From an uncultured Chloroflexia bacterium (GTDB lineage: Bacteria; Chloroflexota; Limnocylindria; Limnocylindrales; CSP1-4): a stretch of DNA of 64,000 nt. Positions 43,395-54,261 of this stretch are shown here, piece by piece. Location of the stretch: positions 40,756 to 104,755 of the forward strand of contig CAVPJI010000004.1 in NCBI GenBank assembly GCA_963705215.1, written 5' to 3'. Made by a program: the position numbers and the translations under genes. How positions within the stretch are numbered: the first letter of the stretch is position 1; each line of letters starts with the position of its first letter. The notes under the pieces are model-generated. The model had not been told where the DNA came from. It was given only the letters and a program-made list of their open reading frames with translations, and made no database searches.

Positions 43395-45953
43395 CTGAAC
43401 GCCGCCGCCCGCGTCGACGTCCTGACCCGGGCCGAGGCGGTCGCCCGGGCGGCCCGCGTCGGCCGCGTCGCGTACGCGCTGGAGATCGACCTCGGCGCCG
43501 GCCGCCGGACGTACGGCGGCGTCGCCCGGCTGCGCTTCCCGGTGACCGGCGCGGGCGATCTCTTCCTGGACTTCCGCGGCGGCGAGGTGACCCGCCTCAT
43601 CGTCAACGGCCGGAACGTGACGCCGGAGCGCCCCGGTCACCGGATCCACCTGCCGGGTGACCTGCTGCGCGCCACGACCGAGGTCGAGGTCGCCTACGAG
43701 AACGAGTACGACCGCGGCGGCGATGGCTTCCACCATTTCGTCGACCCGGAGGACGGGGCGGAGTACGCCTACTCGAACTTCGAGCCCTTCGAGGCGCACC
43801 GCCTCTTTCCGTGCTTCGACCAGCCCGACCTCAAGGGGACGTACGCGGTCACGGTTCGCGCGCCGGCCGAATGGGCGATCATCGCCAACGCCCCGGCCGG
43901 GTCCGTCGTGCCGATGAGCGACGGGCGCCGCGAGCACCGCTTCGCGCCGACCCCGCCGATCTCGTCGTACCTGGTGGCGGTGATCGCCGGCCCGTTCGCC
44001 GGGGTCCACACACGCCACCGCGGGACGCCGCTCGGGATCTGGACGCGGCGCTCGCTGGCCCGCTTCATGGACGCGGACGAGGTCTTCGAGGTGACCAGGC
44101 AGGGCCTCGACTTCTACGCCGCCCTCTTCGACCATCCGTTCCCGTTCGCCAAGTACGACCAGATCTTCGTGCCCGAGTTCAACTCGGGGGCGATGGAGAA
44201 CGTGGGCGCGGTGACGTTCAGCGAGAACTACGTCTACCGCGATCCTCCCACGACCACGCAGCGCCTGATGCGGGCCGAGACGGCGCTCCACGAGCTTGCC
44301 CACATGTGGTTCGGCGACCTCGTGACGATGCGCTGGTGGGACGACCTCTGGCTCAACGAGAGCTTCGCGACCTACGTCTCCAACCTCGCGCTCGCCGAGG
44401 CCACCCGGTTCGACGGGGCCTGGCAGGCCTTCCACGCAGACATGAAACGTTGGGGCTACCAGGCCGACGCGCGCTCCACGACCCACCCTGTCTCCGGGGT
44501 CGTCCCGGACACGGATGCCACCTTCTACAACTTCGATGGGATCACCTATGGAAAGGGCGCCTCGGTCATCAAGCAGCTCGTGGCCGAGATCGGCCCCGAG
44601 GCGTTCCGGGCCGGCCTCCGGACCTACTTCCGCCGCCATGCGTGGGGCAACGCCACCCTTGCCGACTTCCTGGCGGCCCTGGAGGAGGGTGCCGGGCGTC
44701 CCCTGCACGACTGGAGCCGCCGGTGGCTGGAGACCGCCTCGCTCAACACGATCGAGGCCGCGTGGACGACGCGCGATGGATTCGTGGAACGGCTCCAGCT
44801 GACCCAGGAGGCGCCGGAAGACCACCCGACGCTTCGCCCGCATGCCCTCGAGCTGGCCCTCGTGCGGGCCGCGGGCGACGGGCCGGCTGAAGTCGACGTG
44901 GTGCCGGCCCGCCTCGAGGGTGCCGAGGCGTGGATCGAGGCGGCCGCCGGCCGACCGGCACCGGACATCGTCTTCCCCAACCACGGCGATCACGGGTATG
45001 CCCGCGTCCTGCTCGACCCCGCCTCGCTGGCCGCCGTCCCGCGCGTCCTCGGACAGATCGACGACCCACTCCTGCGCCAGCTCCTGTGGGGCACCCTCTG
45101 GGAGATGATCCGGGGCGCCCGCTACTCGTCCCTTGCCTTCCTGGAGCTGGTCCGCGCGCACCTGCCCGGGGAGCGTGACGACCAGATCCTGCTCGCCGCG
45201 CTGGACGCGGCGCGCGGGGCGCTGGCCAGCTACGTGCCCGCGGAGCGGCGGGTGGACGCGGCGCGCGGTTTCGTGGCGACGGCGCTCGAGACGATCGGCA
45301 CGCTGCCCGAGGGTGACCTGCGGACGCTCTGGCTTCGGGCGGCCGTCGGAGCCGTCGCCGCGCCCTCCGACGTGGCCGCGGTGGCCGCCGTGGTTGACCA
45401 GGAGCCGGGAGTGCCCCTGGTGCAGGTGGACCGCGAGATGCGCTGGGGCGTCGCCGCCCTCGCCGTTGCCCACGACCTCCCCGGAGCGGCGGAGCGCGTC
45501 GCGGCCGAGCGCGCCGCGGACCCGACGGACCGGGGCGAGCGCGAGATGCTGCGCGCCGAGACCGGGGCTCCGGCCGCGGCCGTCAAGGCCGCGGCCTGGG
45601 AGCGGATCCATGGCGCCGGCTACGGGTCCTTCCACCTCACCCAGGCGGCGATGCGCGGCTTCAACCACGCCCACCAGGCCGCCCTTCTGGCGCCGTACGT
45701 CGACCGCCTCTTCAGCGCGCTGCCGGCGGTGGCCGTTGAGCGCGACCACGCCTTCCTCCGGTCCTACGTCACCGCCCTCTTCCCGGCCTACCGTCCGGAG
45801 CCGGCCCTCGTGGAGCGCGCCCGGGCGATGGCCGACGAGCAGGGCGCAGAGCTGCCCAGCCTGCGGCGCCTCCTGGTGGAGGCGGCCGACGACATGGAAC
45901 GCGCGATCGTCTGCCGTTCGTTCGCCTCGCTTCGGCTGCGCTCACCGGCCTGA
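43395..45953 (+). CDS. pepN: aminopeptidase N (M1 family)
   Basis: GAMEN exopeptidase motif, HELAHMWFG-x18-E zinc site. The first canonical in-frame start is GTG 43542, but PepN-homologous sequence (VLTRAEAVARAARV...) runs upstream of it. 5' end set at CTG 43395 preceded by GGAGGG; uncertain. Confidence 0.7.
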   Translation: MNAAARVDVLTRAEAVARAARVGRVAYALEIDLGAGRRTYGGVARLRFPVTGAGDLFLDFRGGEVTRLIVNGRNVTPERPGHRIHLPGDLLRATTEVEVAYENEYDRGGDGFHHFVDPEDGAEYAYSNFEPFEAHRLFPCFDQPDLKGTYAVTVRAPAEWAIIANAPAGSVVPMSDGRREHRFAPTPPISSYLVAVIAGPFAGVHTRHRGTPLGIWTRRSLARFMDADEVFEVTRQGLDFYAALFDHPFPFAKYDQIFVPEFNSGAMENVGAVTFSENYVYRDPPTTTQRLMRAETALHELAHMWFGDLVTMRWWDDLWLNESFATYVSNLALAEATRFDGAWQAFHADMKRWGYQADARSTTHPVSGVVPDTDATFYNFDGITYGKGASVIKQLVAEIGPEAFRAGLRTYFRRHAWGNATLADFLAALEEGAGRPLHDWSRRWLETASLNTIEAAWTTRDGFVERLQLTQEAPEDHPTLRPHALELALVRAAGDGPAEVDVVPARLEGAEAWIEAAAGRPAPDIVFPNHGDHGYARVLLDPASLAAVPRVLGQIDDPLLRQLLWGTLWEMIRGARYSSLAFLELVRAHLPGERDDQILLAALDAARGALASYVPAERRVDAARGFVATALETIGTLPEGDLRTLWLRAAVGAVAAPSDVAAVAAVVDQEPGVPLVQVDREMRWGVAALAVAHDLPGAAERVAAERAADPTDRGEREMLRAETGAPAAAVKAAAWERIHGAGYGSFHLTQAAMRGFNHAHQAALLAPYVDRLFSALPAVAVERDHAFLRSYVTALFPAYRPEPALVERARAMADEQGAELPSLRRLLVEAADDMERAIVCRSFASLRLRSPA

Positions 45954-45997
45954 GATCGGCGCCGAGCCGATCGCGCGATCCGTGCGACGATCGGGTC

Positions 45998-46402
45998 ATG
46001 AACGACGAGAGCGAGGCGTCGGCCGACACTCCCGTGCCGGGCGAGCCCGAGAGCGCATATGAGCTGCTGCAGCGGGGCCTGGCGCTGCTGGCCGGGCGGC
46101 ATCACGCCCAGGCCGCGATCGTGCTCGAGCGGGCTGCCCGCCTCGAGCCCGCCCGCGGCTCCATCCTCGAGCCGCTGGGCAGAGCCCTCTTCATGTCCGG
46201 CCAGCTGGAGCGGGCCGGCGAGACGTTCGAGGCGCTGCTGGCGGTCGATCCCTCCTCGCACTACGGCCACTACGCCCTTGGCCGGACGCTGATCCGCAGC
46301 GGCCGGGTGACCCAGGGGCGGACGCATCTCCGCCTCGCCGCGGCGCTGGCCCCGGACAGCCCGCTCTACCGGGCGGCGGTGCGCCGCGCCGGCGGCCCGT
46401 AG
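45998..46402 (+). CDS. tetratricopeptide repeat protein
   Basis: Three TPR-like helical hairpins (W/LGxAL patterns). Confidence 0.55.
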   Translation: MNDESEASADTPVPGEPESAYELLQRGLALLAGRHHAQAAIVLERAARLEPARGSILEPLGRALFMSGQLERAGETFEALLAVDPSSHYGHYALGRTLIRSGRVTQGRTHLRLAAALAPDSPLYRAAVRRAGGP

Positions 46403-46464
46403 CCGGCGTGTCGACGCCGGGGCGCAGCCCCGCGGTCGCACCGGGGGATAGCCGCCCGGGCCGC

Positions 46465-47073
46465 TCAGCCTGCCGGGCCCGCCTTCATCCGGCGCTCCAG
46501 CCAGGTGATCCCGATGAGCGACTTCGCGTCGCGGATGTCACCGCGCTCGGCGGCGGCGACGGCTTCCCGCCACGGGAGCCGCACCAGCTCGAGGGACTCG
46601 TCCTCGTCGGGGGTGCGGCGGTCGGGACCCGCGGCGGAGAGGTCGGTCGCGAGGTAGAGGAAGATCCGCTCGGTCGCGAAGCCGGGCGCGGTCCAGAAGT
46701 CGGTCAGCCGCTCCCAGCCCGCGGCCCGGTACCCCGTCTCCTCCTCCAGCTCGCGCCGCGCGGCTGCGTCCGGATCCTCGGTCGCGCCGGAAGCCGGGTC
46801 GCGGTCGAGCGTCCCGGCCGGAATCTCCAGGAGGGCTCGGCCGGCGGGGTGACGGTACTGGCGCACGAAGAGGACGCGACCCTCGGGATCGACCGCGACG
46901 ATGGCCACGGCGCCCGGATGGACGGCGACGTCACGCCGCGCCCGCCGGCCGTCGGCGCGCTCGACCGTGTCGACCCGGAACTCGAGGAAGCGGCCGCGAT
47001 GGAGGAGCTCGGACGCGACGAGGCGTTCGGCGAGTGGATCGATCGGGTCGTCGGGGTGGTCGGGGTTGGGCAT
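46465..47073 (-). CDS. NUDIX hydrolase (ADP-ribose pyrophosphatase-like)
   Basis: Nudix box GATEDPDAAARRELEEETG. Confidence 0.75.
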   Translation of the reverse strand: MPNPDHPDDPIDPLAERLVASELLHRGRFLEFRVDTVERADGRRARRDVAVHPGAVAIVAVDPEGRVLFVRQYRHPAGRALLEIPAGTLDRDPASGATEDPDAAARRELEEETGYRAAGWERLTDFWTAPGFATERIFLYLATDLSAAGPDRRTPDEDESLELVRLPWREAVAAAERGDIRDAKSLIGITWLERRMKAGPAG

Positions 47074-47187
47074 CGCCCGATTATGTCGCTCGGGACGGCT
47101 GCCCGGACGCCGACGCGAACGCGGACGAGCCGGGCAGCGGCCGAAGTCGTTCGAAGTGGCGCGGGTGGGCGCTTCGGCGCCCCGCGA

Positions 47188-48294
<1,107 letters not shown>

Positions 48295-48538
48295 GCGCGT
48301 CTCCTCCTCCCGGTCGGGTCATCGCGGGCCCTTGCATCACGGCCGCCTGGGCGGCGCGGACGGGCCCCATACGAGGTGCCGGCTCGGGGCTGTCGGGATC
48401 GTAGCACCCGGTTGGGGCGGGAGAGCGCCATACCAGGTGCGTCCTCGGGAGCCGAGCATCGCCATCACGGGCGCGAGCACCGCACTCGGCGCCGTGCACC
48501 CCGCGCGCGAGCCGCCCGGACGCCATAATCCGCACGAC

Positions 48539-49966
48539 ATGGCGAAATCCCAGGACGCAGCCATCAAACGCCTCGCCCCCGCCGTCGATCGATCGAAGGG
48601 GGAGTGGCGGCTGCTCCGCGCCCGGCTCAGCACGATCACGCCCCAGGCCCTGGGCCGCGGCGTCCTCTCGACGGTCGTGGTCGTCGTCGCCGCAGTCCTC
48701 GCCAAGGAGACCTGGCCCGCGCTGCTCCCCTTCGCCATCGGTGGGCTGCTCGCCTACACGATCTACCCCGTCGTCGATCGCCTCGACCGCGTGATGCCGC
48801 GGGTGCTCGCGGCCGCGCTCGCCCTGGCTGCCGGGCTGGCAGTCCTCGTCCTCGTCGTCGCCGTGGTGATCCCGCCCCTCGTCGCGGTCTCCATCCAGTT
48901 CTTCCGCGACCTGCCCAATTCGGCACAGCTCGCCGATCTCCGCGCCCAGCTCGATGCCTACCTGGCCACGCTGCCGGAGGGCGCCCGTGTTCTCGTCGTC
49001 GGGATCCTCGAGCGAGTCGGAGCGACTGCGCGGGACGGGATCTCGGCATTCCTCGACTCGATCGCCTCGCTGATCGTCGCCAGCGTGGTGGGCATCTTCG
49101 ATACGATCGGCCTCGTCGTCGGCCTGATCCTGCTGCCGCTCTGGACCCTCTCGGTTGTTCGGGACGGGGGTTCGCTGCGCGCCCGGCTGGCCTCCCAGTT
49201 CGCGCCGGCCCTGCGCGCCGACGCGATGGCGCTGCTCACGATCGTTCACCGGGCGCTCGGCACGTTCCTGCGGGTCCAGCTCGCCGCGGCCGGAGCCGTC
49301 GGCGTCGCCGTCTACGTCGGCCTCCAGGGTGTCGAGCGGGCGGACATCGCCACGTACCAGGCCGCGATCGCCGTGGCGGCGTTCATGGGTACTGCCCAGG
49401 TGATCCCGCAGCTCGGTGGCCTCATCGGCGCCCTCCCGATCGGGCTTCTGGCGCTTGCCCGCCAGGACGAGCCGGCTGCCACGGTCGCGCTCCTCGTTGT
49501 CTACGTCGTTGCCCTGCAGCTCGTGAAGATGGCCGTCGGCGCCCGCCTCGGGCGCGATCTCAACGTCCGGCCCGCGATCGCGCTCCCGGCGTTCGCGGTC
49601 ATCTCGCAGATCGGCATCGTCTGGCTGCTGCTCTCGGCGCCGATCCTCGTCATCGCCCGCAACACCGTGGCGTACCTCCGGGGCCGCCTGTCCGAGCCGC
49701 CGCGGCCGGCGGGTGTCCTCCCGGGCCAGCGGACGGCGAAGCGTCCAGCCCTTGCGGCGGCGGCGACGCTGCCGCCCTTGTATCGCCACGCGACCGACGG
49801 CACCCGCCAGGGCCGGGCCGGAGGCGGCGTGTCCGCACCCCGGTCCGTGTCGGGTGCCCTGCCTGCAACGGCGGCGGGGGTCGTCCCGCCGAGCTCGCGG
49901 CCCATTGGCGCAACGGCGTCCGCGCCCATCGTCATCGGAGCCAGTCCGATGACCGTCAGGAGGTAG
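48539..49966 (+). CDS. AI-2E family transporter
   Basis: ATG within a longer shadow ORF. Eight TM helices with an AI-2E/PerM-like layout. About 110-aa Pro/Ala-rich C-terminal tail. Confidence 0.7.
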   Translation: MAKSQDAAIKRLAPAVDRSKGEWRLLRARLSTITPQALGRGVLSTVVVVVAAVLAKETWPALLPFAIGGLLAYTIYPVVDRLDRVMPRVLAAALALAAGLAVLVLVVAVVIPPLVAVSIQFFRDLPNSAQLADLRAQLDAYLATLPEGARVLVVGILERVGATARDGISAFLDSIASLIVASVVGIFDTIGLVVGLILLPLWTLSVVRDGGSLRARLASQFAPALRADAMALLTIVHRALGTFLRVQLAAAGAVGVAVYVGLQGVERADIATYQAAIAVAAFMGTAQVIPQLGGLIGALPIGLLALARQDEPAATVALLVVYVVALQLVKMAVGARLGRDLNVRPAIALPAFAVISQIGIVWLLLSAPILVIARNTVAYLRGRLSEPPRPAGVLPGQRTAKRPALAAAATLPPLYRHATDGTRQGRAGGGVSAPRSVSGALPATAAGVVPPSSRPIGATASAPIVIGASPMTVRR

Positions 49967-49972
49967 AGCCCG

Positions 49973-51190
49973 GTGACCGAGCCGTACGCGCCACCGCCCG
50001 AGTCCGGCTACGACGAGGACGTGCCGGTCGTGAACTCCCCGTCCTACGTCCAGCTCACCCAGCAGCGTGTCCGGCTGGGGCGCGCCGCCGAGGCGTTCGC
50101 GACGCCGGACGACGCCGGCCGCTACCCGATCATCGTGCTGGTCAAGTCGGGCGGCCGGTTCCAGGTCCAGGCGCTGCTCGTCGCGGGCGTCGTCGCCGCG
50201 GCGGTCGTGGCGTTACCGCTCGGTCCCGTGCTCACGATCGCGGGCCTGGTGCTGGCGGTCGCCCTGCTGCTCGGGGGCAGTGCCCGGGCCGTCCTGGTGC
50301 CGGTCCCCGAGGGCACCCAGGCGATCATGGTCCAGGCCGGCCGTTACTTCAAGACGGCCGGCCCCGGAGTCCAGCGGGTGCCGCCGACGGTCATGGTCAC
50401 GCACCTCGTGACGACCCGCGAGATCCCGTTCAGCACGGTTGCCCGGGCGGTGCCCACCGCCGACGACGTGCGCGTCGACATCGAGATCCTGTTCACCTTC
50501 CGGATCGTGGACCCGCACAAGTTCGTGTTCAACACGACCGCCCCGGACTTCGACGCGGTCTGCCAGGGAGCGGGCCAGACCGCGGTCCGCCGGCTCGCCC
50601 GGGGCATCGCCTCCGAGGCCGTGCTCGACCTCGCCCTGCACGACTCCGACGAGCTCGCGTCCCTGATCAGCGCGACGCTCGAACCCTGCGGCGTCGAGGT
50701 GACCCGCGTCCTCGTCGTCCGACTGGACGCTCCGCCCGAGTTCCTGGCCAGTCGCGAGGGACGCCGCCTCGCCATGCTCCAGACGGGCGAGCAGGCCGAG
50801 CGGGCGGCCTACGATCTCGGAGTCCAGGCCAACCGCGACGCGGTAGCCCGCGCGGAGCAGCAGGCGCGCTTCGACCGGGCGACCGAGGAGGTCCGGCTGG
50901 TGGCCGAGGTGGAGCGCCTCAAGGTCGAGCTGGAATCCGAGCGCGAGGCGTTCCGCCTCGCCCGCCTCGAGGAGCGGCTGGCCGCCTCCCCGAACGCTGC
51001 GCGATGGGACTGGGCCGGTGAGCGGCTCAAGGTCGCCCGCAAGCTCGCCGGGAACAGCCGGGCGATGCTCCAGCTTGGCGGACCCGGCGACATCGCCGAC
51101 GCGCTCGTCACCCGGGCGTTCATGGAGCGCGACGACACGCCGGAGGCGGATGGGGTGCCCCCGACCTCTGCGGGCGGGGGCGCGCCGTAG
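49973..51190 (+). CDS. SPFH/band 7 (stomatin-prohibitin-like) domain membrane protein
   Basis: GTG with AGGAGG RBS. TM anchor, SPFH domain, C-terminal coiled coil. Confidence 0.7.
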   Translation: MTEPYAPPPESGYDEDVPVVNSPSYVQLTQQRVRLGRAAEAFATPDDAGRYPIIVLVKSGGRFQVQALLVAGVVAAAVVALPLGPVLTIAGLVLAVALLLGGSARAVLVPVPEGTQAIMVQAGRYFKTAGPGVQRVPPTVMVTHLVTTREIPFSTVARAVPTADDVRVDIEILFTFRIVDPHKFVFNTTAPDFDAVCQGAGQTAVRRLARGIASEAVLDLALHDSDELASLISATLEPCGVEVTRVLVVRLDAPPEFLASREGRRLAMLQTGEQAERAAYDLGVQANRDAVARAEQQARFDRATEEVRLVAEVERLKVELESEREAFRLARLEERLAASPNAARWDWAGERLKVARKLAGNSRAMLQLGGPGDIADALVTRAFMERDDTPEADGVPPTSAGGGAP

Positions 51191-51221
51191 GCACGGTCGG
51201 ACGCGCCGTCGGCCTCGTCGG

Positions 51222-52001
51222 CTAGAAGCCGGCGGTGAAGGCCACGACCACGATGGTGGTCGAGGCCACCATCTCCACGAGCCCGACCTGGACCGGACGC
51301 AGCGGGCGCGACGTCCCCGCGCGGCTGCGCTCCACGAGTGGCAGGGCGATGGCCCGGGCCAGCAGGCCTGCCGCGCAGGCGGCGTACGGCCACGGCAGCG
51401 CGACCATCGCGACAATCAGGAACGCCGCGTGGAACGCCACGGAGAACGCGACGAAGCCGCGGTTGCCTCGCTCCCGGATTACCGAGCGGACCACCAGGAC
51501 GCTCCCGACGAGATAGCCCGCCGCCACGAGGGTGGCCCCGACCACGGCCTCCGTCTCCCAGGCGCCGGACACGCAGGCGGCCGCCGGCACCAGGACGAGC
51601 GCGATGGCCGCCTGGGCGAGGCTGTTCGCGAGGTCGCGGGGCGTTCCGGGGCGCGCTCCGCCGAGCACGAGGGCGCCGGCGGGGACGACCACGACCGCCG
51701 AGAGCGCGAGGGCGGGGAAGACCGCCAGCAGGATGAGCCCGGCGACCGCGAAGAGGCTGCCGAAGACGGCAAGGGACGGGACGAACGACGACCGACGGCG
51801 GGCGCGAAGCCACGCCTGGGCGGTCGCCGCGGCGAGGTAGCCGGCCAGGGCGGCGATGCCCAGCAGGAGGTGCCAGGGAGACGGGGCGGTGGCGGCGATG
51901 CCGAGCACCAGGGGCACGGCCAGCATGGCCCAGGCTCCGTGCTGGCGCGGGATCCAGAGCCGAGGGGTCGTCCCCGCACGGGCAGGGGTGGGGTGAGCCA
52001 T
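51222..52001 (-). CDS. YwiC-like polytopic membrane protein
   Basis: 259 aa with ~8 TM helices and an N-terminal PRQHGAWAML pattern as in the YwiC family. Confidence 0.5.
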   Translation of the reverse strand: MAHPTPARAGTTPRLWIPRQHGAWAMLAVPLVLGIAATAPSPWHLLLGIAALAGYLAAATAQAWLRARRRSSFVPSLAVFGSLFAVAGLILLAVFPALALSAVVVVPAGALVLGGARPGTPRDLANSLAQAAIALVLVPAAACVSGAWETEAVVGATLVAAGYLVGSVLVVRSVIRERGNRGFVAFSVAFHAAFLIVAMVALPWPYAACAAGLLARAIALPLVERSRAGTSRPLRPVQVGLVEMVASTTIVVVAFTAGF

Positions 52002-52027
52002 TGCCGGTACGGTAGCGGACCTGGCGT

Positions 52028-52728
52028 TCAGCCAGGGTCTGCGCCGATGAACCGGTAGCCCAGGCCTCTCTCGGTCCGGATGTAGCGCGGATGGTCGGAG
52101 TCGTCGCCGAGCTTGTCGCGGAGGCGGCGGACGTAGACCCGCAGGTAGTCAACCTCGTCGAGGTATTCGCGGCCCCAGACCTTGGCGAGCAGGGTCCCGT
52201 GCTGGAGCACGTGCCCTGCGTTCCGCACGAGGTGATAGAGGAGCTTGTACTCCGTGGGCGTCAGGTCGAGCCGGACGCCCCGGAGCCGCGCCTCGTGGGC
52301 GCCGAAGTCGACTTCGAGGTCGAGGGCGCGGAAGGAGGGGGCGCGGCTCGTTGGGGGCGGCATCTCGTGGCGCCGCAGTACGGCCCGTACGCGGGCCATG
52401 AGCTCCAGGTGGTTGAACGGCTTCGTGACGTAGTCATCGGCACCGAGCTCCAGGCCCTTGACCTTGTCCATCGAGTCGTCGCGAGCCGTCAGCATGACCA
52501 CTGGGACATCAGAGAAGAGGCGAATCTCGCGGAGCACCCCGAAGCCGTCCAACCGGGCAGGCCCACGTCGAGGAGCACGATGTCTGGACGCGCCTGCTCG
52601 ACGACCTCGAGCGCCTGCTCGCCGGTGCCGGCCCCGAGGACCTCCGTGTCGCGCCACTGGAGCGTGAACCCGAGGCGCACCGACTCGACGACATCCGGCG
52701 CATCGTCCACCACGAGGATACGCATCAT
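52028..52728 (-). pseudogene. OmpR-family response regulator, reading frame disrupted by a 1-nt indel in a C/G run
   Basis: Receiver domain (MMRILVVDD...LLDVGLPG) is in frame A (ORF 52489..52728). The rest of the receiver plus the winged-helix domain (LDGFGVLREIR...RGLGYRF) is in frame B (ORF 52028..52657). The junction is at ccaaccggg ~52551-52559. Confidence 0.6.
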
Positions 52729-53735
52729 TCGACGTCCTGCGGACCCTCGGCGGGCACCGAGATGCTGAACACGCTGCCGTAGCCCGGGGCGCTCTTCACG
52801 TCGATGGCCCCGCCGTGCGCCTGGGCGATCGCGAGCGCCGTTGGCAAGCCCAGCCCGACCCCGCGCCCTCCGCCGGAGCGATCGTTCTGGCCGACGAAGA
52901 AGCGCTCGAAGAGGTGCGGCTGCTCGTCGAATGGGATGCCCGGCCCCTGGTCCGCAACCGTCCAGGCGACGGACCGTGCGACCTGCCGAACGCGGACGGC
53001 GATCGTGCCACCCGCGGGACCGTACTTGACGGCGTTGGAGATGAGGTTGACGAGGGCCTGCTCCAGCCGACGGTGGTCGCCGAAGACCCGGATAGGTACA
53101 CCCGGCACGTCGAGCTCGATCACTTGGCCTCGCTTGGCCGCCAGGGGTGTGAGCGAGGCGACCGCCTCGCGAGCCAGCGCCGACGCGTCAAAGGGACGCA
53201 GCTGGAGGAAGATCTGGCCCGTCCGGAAGCGGGCGATCTCCAGGATGTCGCCGACGACGCGCTGCATGCGATCAGCGTTGCGCTCGATCGTATCCAGCAG
53301 CGTATCGATCTCAGCCGGGGAGGGAGAGGTTGCCGGGTCGCGCAGCACGCCAACACAGGTGCGGACCGCGGTCAGCGGCGTACGCAGCTCGTGAGCGATC
53401 GTGGAAAGGAGGTCGGTCCGCAGTCGTTCGAGCTCGGCGAGGTGCTCGACGACCCCCGCGTCGGTACCCAGGCTACCGCTCAGCACCTGGCGGCCAAGGC
53501 TCGTGAGGACGTGGAAGCGAAGATCGCCGTTGTGGCGCGCGATCCGGACAAGGCCGAGGCCGGCCAGCTCGCCGAGGAGGACGGAGACCTCGATGGCTTC
53601 GACCGTCGCACCTGCCTCGGCGAACCGCTCGGCGAGATCGGCTGGTGTGGCCCCATCGGCGATGAGCGCGAGCGCCGCGCCCGCCAGCGGGGACGGCGAC
53701 GCGCTTGCCTGGCTGAGTGGATCGTGGCCGAACAT
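52725..53735 (-). CDS. cytoplasmic sensor histidine kinase (no TM segments)
   Basis: H-box HELRTPL, N-box NLISNAVKY, G-boxes DQGPGIP and GLGL. Its stop overlaps the RR start (ATGA). The start may instead be TTG 53813. Confidence 0.75.
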   Translation of the reverse strand: MFGHDPLSQASASPSPLAGAALALIADGATPADLAERFAEAGATVEAIEVSVLLGELAGLGLVRIARHNGDLRFHVLTSLGRQVLSGSLGTDAGVVEHLAELERLRTDLLSTIAHELRTPLTAVRTCVGVLRDPATSPSPAEIDTLLDTIERNADRMQRVVGDILEIARFRTGQIFLQLRPFDASALAREAVASLTPLAAKRGQVIELDVPGVPIRVFGDHRRLEQALVNLISNAVKYGPAGGTIAVRVRQVARSVAWTVADQGPGIPFDEQPHLFERFFVGQNDRSGGGRGVGLGLPTALAIAQAHGGAIDVKSAPGYGSVFSISVPAEGPQDVE

Positions 53736-53809
53736 GACAACCCGAGGATACCCCCGGGTTGGCGTCAGGGCGCTGGCCGGGGCCGCAGGCGCCGCTGCGC
53801 CGGGACCGC

Positions 53810-54148
53810 TCAACCGCCCACGTCCACCAGCATCGGCTCCTCCGACCCTCGACGTCCGTCACCCCGCCGGCGAGCGTCGCGAAGGAGGGGGGCCGACACC
53901 GCCCCGACCTCTGCCGGGACGTCGGCGGGGAAGGCGCCCGGGACCCGGTCGTCCGTTGCCGTGGGCGCGACCGCGAGTGCGACCGCGCGCGTCTCGGTCA
54001 CCAGTTCCGCCCCCGCGTCGTACGAGCACATGCAGGGGCCGTCCGCGGCGCATCCGGCACAGCAGAAAGCCAGGCCGAGGTGGAAGACCGGGTGGTGGGC
54101 GATCTGATGGTCACACGTGGCGCAGGTGAAGGTGGGCTGCGTCGGCAT
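53810..54148 (-). CDS. small Cys/His-rich protein with TRASH/YHS-like metal-binding motif
   Basis: FTCATCDHQIAHH-x12-AFCCAGCAADGPCMC gives a C-x2-C...C-x3-C arrangement. Coding-like GC3. First gene of the HK/RR operon. Confidence 0.4.
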   Translation of the reverse strand: MPTQPTFTCATCDHQIAHHPVFHLGLAFCCAGCAADGPCMCSYDAGAELVTETRAVALAVAPTATDDRVPGAFPADVPAEVGAVSAPLLRDARRRGDGRRGSEEPMLVDVGG

Positions 54149-54261
54149 CGGAGTCCTCGCTGGCGGGACGACGCGCGGGTCTTCCCGCACGTCATTCCCT
54201 GGACGGATGGCAAGTGCCATTTCGACCATGCTGAGCGGCGGGCCTGAACCGAACGGGGAAC

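Noticed and set aside
43314-45749. 811-aa minus-strand ORF opposite pepN
   Set aside because: pepN on the plus strand has GAMEN/HEXXH motifs. The antisense ORF is a shadow frame. The same reasoning rejects 47357..49789(-), 48604..51021(+), 59306..62965(-), 9085..11058(+), 10950..12572(-), 13638..14954(-), 35226..36794(-), 37447..40002(-) and 54357..55757(-).
52545-52565. Programmed frameshift in the response regulator
   Set aside because: No slippery heptamer or stimulatory structure is evident. A 1-nt indel in a C/G run is more simply a sequencing error or an inactivating mutation, so it is reported as a pseudogene candidate instead.
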